Origin: an uncultured Opitutaceae bacterium
Lineage (GTDB): Bacteria > Verrucomicrobiota > Verrucomicrobiia > Opitutales > Opitutaceae
DNA: 64,000 nucleotides
Assembly (NCBI GenBank): GCA_964460895.1
Contig: CAYWTK010000004.1
Coordinates: 5,787-69,786, forward strand
Direction: 5' to 3'
Below are positions 57,900 to 64,000 of this stretch, one piece after another. Every line of letters begins with the position of its first letter. Position 1 is the first letter of the stretch. Under the pieces are notes generated by a model. That model was not told the origin of the DNA and did no database searches. It was given only the letters and a program-made list of their open reading frames with translations. Both the position numbers and the translations under genes were made by a program.

Positions 57900-59399
57900 T
57901 CAGCGCGGCACGGTGATCTCGATGCCGAGCTTCTCGAGCGTGACGCCCAGCTGGCGGTCGTACTCCGCGATGGCGCGGCGGTAGTCGGCCTCGGCGCGGA
58001 GCTCGGCGACCTCGAGGCTGGCGAGGATCTCCTGCTGCTGGACGACGAAGAACGTGTTGCCCGTGCCGGCGCGGAGGCGCTTCTGCTCGGCGTCGAGCGT
58101 GGCCTGGCCGAGCTCGCGGGCGGCGCGGGCGGCGTCGACCCGGCGGCGCGTCGTGTCGATGTTGGCCGCGGCGTTGCCCACGGCGACGACGATGTTCTGC
58201 TCGATCTGCGCGAGGTCGGTCTCGGCCTGGCGCAGGCCGAACTTGGCGGCGCGGTAGCGGCCGCGCTCGGCGGCGAAGGTCAGCGGGACGGTGACCTGCA
58301 CGCCCCAGCTGTAGGCGCGGTGGTCCTCGTCGCGCACGAGGCGCTGCGCGGTCTCCCGCGACGCGTCGAGGCCGCGGTAACCGTAGCTGCCCACGAGGTC
58401 CACGCGGGGCAGGGCCTGGTTGCGCTGGTAGCCGTGGTTGAGGCGGGCGCGCTTGAGGAGGAGCATGGCCTGCTGGTAGTCGGGCCGCTGGTCGAGGGAG
58501 GCCTTGAAGTCGAGCGCGGCGTCCACCACCGCGACGGGCAGCGTGCTCATCGGCTCGATCTCGATGCGCCAGTCGAGCAGGCGGGTCGTGCGCTCGTCGG
58601 AGATGAGGGCCTTGAGCGCGTTCTCCGCCTCGCGGACGAGCCGCTCGGCCGAGAGGATGCCCTCGGCGCGGGTGGCGAGCCGGGCGCGCGCGGAGGTGAC
58701 GTCGTACTCCGACATCGAGCCGACCTGGAAGCGCTTCTCGTTCTCGTCCACGAGCTGCTGGGCGATCTCCTGCGAACGCCGGGAGCTGCGCAGCACGGCC
58801 TGGGCGAAGTTGACCTCGTAGTAGGCGAAGATCACGCGCGTGACGGTGTCGATGACCGACTGCCGGAACTGCCATTCGCTGATGGCGCGGTTCGTCTGCG
58901 CGATGCGGATCTGGGCGAGCGTGGCCCCGAAGCCGCCGCCGCGGAGCAGCGGCTGCCGCGCCGAGACGCCGGCGAACGTGTCGTAGCTGTCGGCGAAGAG
59001 GTTGAAGGTCCCGCGCGCGTTGGTCTGCGACGCGCCGAGCGAGTACGTCAGGCCCCAGGGCAGGGTGCCGCCGAGCGAGAGCTCGTAGGCGTCGGACTGG
59101 TCGCGCGTCTCGTTGCGCAGGCCGGTGCCCGGGTCGAAGGTGGTGAGCGGGTTCTCGTTCTCGCGGTAGTCGTAGCGCGCCGTCAGCTGCGGGTCGAAGA
59201 GGCCGAGCTGCTCGAGCACGCGGGCGCGGGCGATGGCGACGTCGTAGGAGTCGGCCTGGATCGTGAAGTTCTTCGCCACCGCGCGGCGGATCGCGTCGTC
59301 GAGCGACACGCGTTCCGGCCCGGCGCCTCCCTGCGCCCGGGCGAGGGGCGCAAGCAGGACGGTCGCGGCGATCAGGGTCCAGAGGGGGGCGGAACGCAT
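57900..59399 (-). CDS. TolC-family outer membrane protein (orphan)
   Basis: Signal peptide, SLDDAIRRAV..N, QPLLRG, RPDYQQ, LPRVDL; start taken at ATG 59399. Confidence 0.88.
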   Translation of the reverse strand: MRSAPLWTLIAATVLLAPLARAQGGAGPERVSLDDAIRRAVAKNFTIQADSYDVAIARARVLEQLGLFDPQLTARYDYRENENPLTTFDPGTGLRNETRDQSDAYELSLGGTLPWGLTYSLGASQTNARGTFNLFADSYDTFAGVSARQPLLRGGGFGATLAQIRIAQTNRAISEWQFRQSVIDTVTRVIFAYYEVNFAQAVLRSSRRSQEIAQQLVDENEKRFQVGSMSEYDVTSARARLATRAEGILSAERLVREAENALKALISDERTTRLLDWRIEIEPMSTLPVAVVDAALDFKASLDQRPDYQQAMLLLKRARLNHGYQRNQALPRVDLVGSYGYRGLDASRETAQRLVRDEDHRAYSWGVQVTVPLTFAAERGRYRAAKFGLRQAETDLAQIEQNIVVAVGNAAANIDTTRRRVDAARAARELGQATLDAEQKRLRAGTGNTFFVVQQQEILASLEVAELRAEADYRRAIAEYDRQLGVTLEKLGIEITVPR

Positions 59400-59555
59400 G
59401 GGTGTGTCGCCCTTTGTCTGCAACCCTTGTGCCAGTCGCCTGAATCGTTCCAAGTCGATGCGGGGGAGTGATTAAAGGCGATCGCGCCGGGCGTGTTTCC
59501 CGCGCCGGCCGCTCGCGCTCGGGAAGTCGGCATCCCGAAAATGGGACGCCCGGCG

Positions 59556-60047
59556 TCAGCGCGTGCGGGCGAGTTCGTAGCGGATCTCCCGCGTCCGCCC
59601 GTCGCGGCCGGGGCCGCGGAGCAGGATGACGAGGCGGTCGTCGCCCTCGCGGGCGAACACGAAGGTCTGCGGGAAGTCGTGGGCGCGGTTCTCGAAGACC
59701 GCGCGGCGGGCCTCCCGGTCGAGCGCGACGAGCGGGAACTCGTGCGGGCTCGGGCGGCCGCCGGGGTGGGGGCGGTAGCGCACGGAGCCGTCGCGGTCGG
59801 CGAAGAGCTCCCACTCGACCCCGAGCGTGCGTCCGTCGCGGAGCTCGCGGCTCATGCTCAGCAGCGTGCCGTTCCGCGGCGCGCCGTAGCGGGCCTCGAA
59901 CGTCGCGCCGTTGGCGAGGACGCCCTGCCACCCGCCCTCGAGCCACGCGAGGTCGGCGACCGTCGCGGCCACCGGCGCCTCGGCGGCGGCGCGCAGGGCC
60001 AGGGCGGCGGCGAGGAACGGAAGCGCGAGGCGGAGGGCGCGGCGCAT
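59556..60047 (-). CDS. Secreted hypothetical protein (DUF6265-like)
   Basis: Signal peptide; DLAWLEGGW and FENRAHDFPQ motifs. Confidence 0.7.
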   Translation of the reverse strand: MRRALRLALPFLAAALALRAAAEAPVAATVADLAWLEGGWQGVLANGATFEARYGAPRNGTLLSMSRELRDGRTLGVEWELFADRDGSVRYRPHPGGRPSPHEFPLVALDREARRAVFENRAHDFPQTFVFAREGDDRLVILLRGPGRDGRTREIRYELARTR

Positions 60048-60127
60048 GGCGGGAGCGAAGGACGCGGGACGCGCGGCCGCGAACAAATTTCGCTGGCCCC
60101 GGCGCGGGGCGCGGCCAATGGAAAGGC

Positions 60128-61561
60128 ATGCGGATCTACTTCATGGGCGTCGGCGGCACGGCGATGGGCCAGGCGGCGCTGCTCGCCCGCGCCGCCGGGC
60201 ACGAGGTGCTCGGGGCCGACGCCGGGGTCTACCCGCCGATGAGCACGGTGCTGGCCGAGGCCGGCATCGCCCTGCACGAGGGCTACGCCGCGGAGCGGCT
60301 CGAGCGCCTGCGGCCGGACCTCGTCGTCGTCGGCAACGCGCTCTCCCGCGGCAACGACGAGGTGGAGTGGCTGCTCGACACCCGCGCGCTCCCGTTCACG
60401 TCGCTGCCCGCGTTCCTCGCCGACTTCGTCCTGAAGGGACGCCGCAACGTCGTCGTCGCCGGCACCCACGGCAAGACGACCACGACCGCGCTCACCGCCT
60501 TCCTGCTGCGCGAGAACGGGCGCGACCCCGGCTACCTCATCGGCGGCGTGCCGCAGGACCCGCCGACCGGCAGCCACCTCGGCGCGGCGGCGGATCCGTT
60601 CGTCATCGAGGGCGACGAGTACGACAGCGCCTTCTTCGACAAGCGCTCGAAGTTCATCCACTACGCGCCGCACGTCGCGGTGCTGAACAACCTCGAGTTC
60701 GACCACGCGGACATCTTCCGCGACCTCGAGGACGTGAAGCGGACCTTCCTCCACCTCACCCGCATCGTGCCGCGCACCGGCTGGGTCGTGCTCAACGGCG
60801 ACGACGCCAACCTCGCGGCGCTCGGGCCGCTCGGCTGGACGCGCGTCGTGCGCGTCGGCACCGGGGCGGAGAACGACCTCCGGATCGAGGACTTCGCCGA
60901 GGGCCCGTCGGGCTCCCGCTTCCGCCTCGTCTGGAAGGGCGCGCCGTGGGCCGAGGTCGCCTGGGCCCAGCCCGGCCTGTTCAACGCGCGCAACGCCGCG
61001 ATGGCCGCCTGCGCCGCGGGGCTCGCGCTCCACGCCGACGCCCCGACGCGCCTCGACCTGTCCGCGCTGGCGCGCTTCCGCGGCGTGCGGCGCCGGCAGC
61101 AGCTGCTCGTGGACACCCCGGCGCTCACGGTGGTCGAGGATTTCGGCCACCACCCGACCGCCGTCGCGGAGACCCTCGCCTCGCTGCGCGCGCGCTACCC
61201 CGGGCGCGTGCTGCACGCCGCCTTCGAGCCCCGCTCCAACACCTCGCGCCGGCGGGTCATGCAGGCGGCCTTCCTCCGCGCGCTGGCCCGGGCCGACGAG
61301 GTCTACCTCGGTCCCGTGGCGCGGGCCCACCTGCTCAAGCCCGACGAGCGCTTCGACCACGAGGGACTGATCGAGCAGCTCGCCACGCAGGGCGTCCACG
61401 CGTGCACCGCGCCGACGAACGCCGACCTGCTGGAGAAGCTCGTGGCCGCCACGCAGGCGGAGCGCGCGCGGCCGCAGCTCGTGGTCTTCTTCACCAACGG
61501 CTCCTTCGACGGCATCATCGGCGGCTTCGTGCGGCGGTCCGGCGGCGCGGCGGGCGCCTGA
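60128..61561 (+). CDS. mpl: Murein peptide ligase (Mpl / MurC family)
   Basis: GVGGTAM, YPPMST, AGTHGKTTTT, EGDEYDSAFFDKRSKF, NLEFDHADIF, FEPRSNT, NGSFDG. Confidence 0.92.
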   Translation: MRIYFMGVGGTAMGQAALLARAAGHEVLGADAGVYPPMSTVLAEAGIALHEGYAAERLERLRPDLVVVGNALSRGNDEVEWLLDTRALPFTSLPAFLADFVLKGRRNVVVAGTHGKTTTTALTAFLLRENGRDPGYLIGGVPQDPPTGSHLGAAADPFVIEGDEYDSAFFDKRSKFIHYAPHVAVLNNLEFDHADIFRDLEDVKRTFLHLTRIVPRTGWVVLNGDDANLAALGPLGWTRVVRVGTGAENDLRIEDFAEGPSGSRFRLVWKGAPWAEVAWAQPGLFNARNAAMAACAAGLALHADAPTRLDLSALARFRGVRRRQQLLVDTPALTVVEDFGHHPTAVAETLASLRARYPGRVLHAAFEPRSNTSRRRVMQAAFLRALARADEVYLGPVARAHLLKPDERFDHEGLIEQLATQGVHACTAPTNADLLEKLVAATQAERARPQLVVFFTNGSFDGIIGGFVRRSGGAAGA

Positions 61562-61586
61562 GGCGGTCCCCGGGGTTCGTCCCTCC

Positions 61587-61687
61587 GTTGTAGGGCGGGG
61601 TCTCCCGACCCCGCCGTCGCGCGCGATGGCGGACCATGCCGCCGGAAGCGACGTTCGCGGCGGGGTCGGGAGACCCCGCCCTCCAGC
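61587..61687. repeat. GTAG-type REP doublet (REPIN-like), copy 2
   Basis: Each arm matches the 18717-18820 copy with one mismatch in 37-38 bp. Confidence 0.85.
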
Positions 61688-61702
61688 CTCGCGCGGCGCG
61701 GC

Positions 61703-63118
61703 CTACTGCGCCTGCTTCGCGACCTTGTAGACGACCGGTTCCTCGCCCTGGGGCAGCGCGAGGAGGTCGTAGTCGTGGAAGGAATTGATCGTGACCTCGG
61801 CGAACTCGCCGACGGGCAGGCTGCGCGGGACGTAGACGCGGCCGTCGATGTCGGGGGCGTCGGCCTCGCCGCGGGCCACGCCCGGCTCCTCGACCAGCAC
61901 GCGGAGCCGGCGGCCGACGTAGCCCTTGGAGACCTCGCGCGCGATGTCGCGCTGCAGCGCCATGAGGCGGTGCCAGCGGGCCTCCTTCACCTTGGCGGGA
62001 AGCTGGTCGGCCATCTTGGCGGCGCGGGTGCCCTCCTCCTGCGAGTAGCGGAAGACGCCGAGGCGCTCGAACTTCGTCTCGCGGATGAAGGCGCCCAGCT
62101 CCTCGACGTCGGCCTCGGTCTCGCTCGGAAAGCCGACGATGAAGGTCGTGCGGATGGCGATGCCCGGGATGCCCGCGCGGATGCGCCGGATCAGGTCGCG
62201 GATGTAGTCGCCGCTCGTCTCGCGCTGCATCAGGCCGAGCATGTGGTCGCTGATGTGCTGCAGCGGGATGTCGATGTAGCGGGCGACCTTCGGGCACTCG
62301 GCGATGGTGCGGATGAGCTCGTCGGACCAGTGCGCCGGGTGCGTGTAGAGCAGCCGGATCCAGAAGTCCCCCTCGATGGCGTTCAGCTCGCGCAGCAGGG
62401 TGGTGAGCGCGGTGCCGCGCGAGGAATCCACGGGCGTGCGCGGGTTCGGCCGCTGCTCCCAGGTGTCCATGCCGAAGAACGTGGTGTCCTGGGAGATCAG
62501 GTTGATCTCCTTCACGCCCTCCCGCACGAGCCGGCGCGCCTCGGCGACGACGCTCTCGACCGTGCGGCTGCGGTGGCGGCCGCGGATCTGCGGGATGATG
62601 CAGAACGTGCAGGGGTGGTTGCAGCCCTCGGCGATCTTGATGTAGGCGAAATGGGCCGGCGTGAGCCGGAAGCGCGGGGTGTCGTAATCCGGGATGTAGG
62701 TGGAGCGGCCCTCGATGAACGACACGGGCGGCTCCTGGCGGCCGCGCTCCTTCGCGTAGATCGCCTCGATGATCGGCGCGACCTTCGTGACCTGGTCGAG
62801 CCCGATGAACGCGTCCACCTCGGGCAGCGCCCCGGGCAGGTCCTTGGAGAACCGCTGCGACATGCAGCCCGCGACGATCAGCTTCTGCTCCTTGCGGCGC
62901 TTGCGCAGCCCGCGGTTCTGGTGGACCTCGAGGATGTGGCCGATCGACTCCTCCTTGGACGAGTCGATGAAGGAGCAGGTGTTGACGATGACGACGTCGG
63001 CCTTCTCCGCCTCGGGGATGACCTGCATGCCCGCCTGGTGCAGGTGGCCGACCATGATCTCGCTGTCGACGAGGTTCTTGGCGCAACCGAGGGAGATGAG
63101 GCTGACCTTGAGGGCCAT
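61703..63118 (-). CDS. rimO: Ribosomal protein S12 methylthiotransferase
   Basis: SLGCAKNLVDSE, NTCSFI, EGCNHPCTFCIIP radical-SAM motif, DAPDIDG TRAM region. Confidence 0.95.
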   Translation of the reverse strand: MALKVSLISLGCAKNLVDSEIMVGHLHQAGMQVIPEAEKADVVIVNTCSFIDSSKEESIGHILEVHQNRGLRKRRKEQKLIVAGCMSQRFSKDLPGALPEVDAFIGLDQVTKVAPIIEAIYAKERGRQEPPVSFIEGRSTYIPDYDTPRFRLTPAHFAYIKIAEGCNHPCTFCIIPQIRGRHRSRTVESVVAEARRLVREGVKEINLISQDTTFFGMDTWEQRPNPRTPVDSSRGTALTTLLRELNAIEGDFWIRLLYTHPAHWSDELIRTIAECPKVARYIDIPLQHISDHMLGLMQRETSGDYIRDLIRRIRAGIPGIAIRTTFIVGFPSETEADVEELGAFIRETKFERLGVFRYSQEEGTRAAKMADQLPAKVKEARWHRLMALQRDIAREVSKGYVGRRLRVLVEEPGVARGEADAPDIDGRVYVPRSLPVGEFAEVTINSFHDYDLLALPQGEEPVVYKVAKQAQ

Positions 63119-63173
63119 AAACGAAAGGCGCCCGCCGGGGCGGGCGCGCGGGGAGGGCGGCGGGCGCTCGTCC

Positions 63174-63272
63174 TTACTTCTTCTTGCGGGCCGCCTTGGT
63201 GGCGGCGTTCTTCCGCTTCAGGTAGGCGATGCGGCGCTTCTTCTTGATGACCTTGTTGTATTGTTTGCCCAT
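63174..63272 (-). CDS. 32-aa Lys/Arg-rich small basic protein (not in ORF track)
   Basis: ATG GGC AAA CAA...AAG AAG TAA = MGKQYNKVIKKKRRIAYLKRKNAATKAARKKK; nearly all third positions G/C; fills the gap upstream of rimO. Confidence 0.75.
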   Translation of the reverse strand: MGKQYNKVIKKKRRIAYLKRKNAATKAARKKK

Positions 63273-63338
63273 GGGAAGTGAGAGGGATGAGGCGGCGATT
63301 TGTCCGCAACGCGTCGCGGGAGTCAAGCCCCGCGGCGA

Positions 63339-63659
63339 TCAGTAGCGGGGCAGGGTGGGGTCCACCTCGCGCGCCCAGGCGTCGATGCCGCCCGCGACGT
63401 TGGTGGCGTTGGCGCGGCCCTGGGCGCGCAGGAAGAGGGCGACGCGGCCGCTGCGGCCGCCGTGGTGGCAGAGCACGAGCACCTGGCGGTCCGTCGGCAG
63501 CTCGTCCAACCGCGCCGGGATCTCCCGCATCGGGATGTGGACGCTGCCCGGCACCGCGACGGTCGCGACCTCGGCGGGCTCGCGCACGTCGAGCAGGCAG
63601 GCGCCCGCGGCGTGCAGGCGGGCGGCGGTGGCGACGTCGGTCTCGGGCGGGAAATCCAT
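63339..63659 (-). CDS. Rhodanese-like domain protein
   Basis: LLDVREPAE, CHHGGRS active loop, GGIDAW. Confidence 0.9.
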   Translation of the reverse strand: MDFPPETDVATAARLHAAGACLLDVREPAEVATVAVPGSVHIPMREIPARLDELPTDRQVLVLCHHGGRSGRVALFLRAQGRANATNVAGGIDAWAREVDPTLPRY

Positions 63660-63751
63660 GGCGGGCGCGGGACTGTGGGCGGCGACGGCCCGAAGGCAAC
63701 CCCAGTTCGCCGTTGACCCCCGGCGCGGCCCGCCCTGCGCTCGGAGCCCTC

Positions 63752-64000
63752 ATGGCGAACCGATACGTGGTGATCATGGCGGGCGGACGAGGCGAGCGCT
63801 TCTGGCCCGCGAGCCGGCTGGCGACCCCGAAGCACCTGCTCCCGATCGTCGGCGACCGGCCCATGCTGACCCAGACGGTCGAGCGCGCCGCCCGGGTCGT
63901 GCCCCTGGAGAACATCCTCGTCGTCACCACCCGGGACCAGCTCCCCGGGGTGCGGGCCGCCTGCCCGATGCTGCCGGCGGACAACCTCGTCGCCGAGCCG
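63752..64000 (+). CDS. manC: Mannose-1-phosphate guanylyltransferase, 3'-truncated by window edge
   Basis: Manual translation MANRYVVIMAGGRGERFWPASRLATPKHLLPIVGDRPMLTQTVER. Confidence 0.88.
   Translation, partial: MANRYVVIMAGGRGERFWPASRLATPKHLLPIVGDRPMLTQTVERAARVVPLENILVVTTRDQLPGVRAACPMLPADNLVAEP

Overview
High-GC bacterial chromosomal window; gene style suggests Verrucomicrobia/Opitutae (inference only). From left to right: a tripartite RND efflux operon, an AsmA-like protein, an EF-G paralog, an ABC/AAA-ATPase + TOPRIM-like gene pair, an MFS-acyltransferase-acyl-ACP synthetase (Aas) fusion and an FAD oxidase. A minus-strand sugar-catabolism operon (XRE-cupin, GH88-like, TIM-barrel isomerase, Gfo/Idh/MocA, SDR) follows, then tRNA-Cys. 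After the tRNA come an ~18 kb glycan-utilisation locus (TonB receptor, GH130, LacI, two SGNH esterases, heparinase II/III-like, GH2, sulfatase, MFS, an unknown Tat protein, GH3, a collapsed symporter pseudogene) and an ~11 kb signalling block. In that block a tightly coupled kaiC-kaiB-kaiB-kinase-regulator-regulator-kinase operon with no kaiA converges on a solute-binding hybrid kinase. The window ends with housekeeping genes (MFS, MBL hydrolase, DUF1080-like, TolC, mpl, rimO, rhodanese, partial manC) and a 32-aa Lys/Arg-rich ORF missed by the ORF track. The most notable signals are the KaiA-less Kai/phosphorelay operon, a set of different 6-, 7- and 9-bp-period palindromic repeat elements in every intergenic gap from 16.9 to 24.6 kb, and the ATPase-TOPRIM pair. 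No CRISPR array, integrase or transposase was seen. All assignments come from reading motifs by eye; no searches were run.
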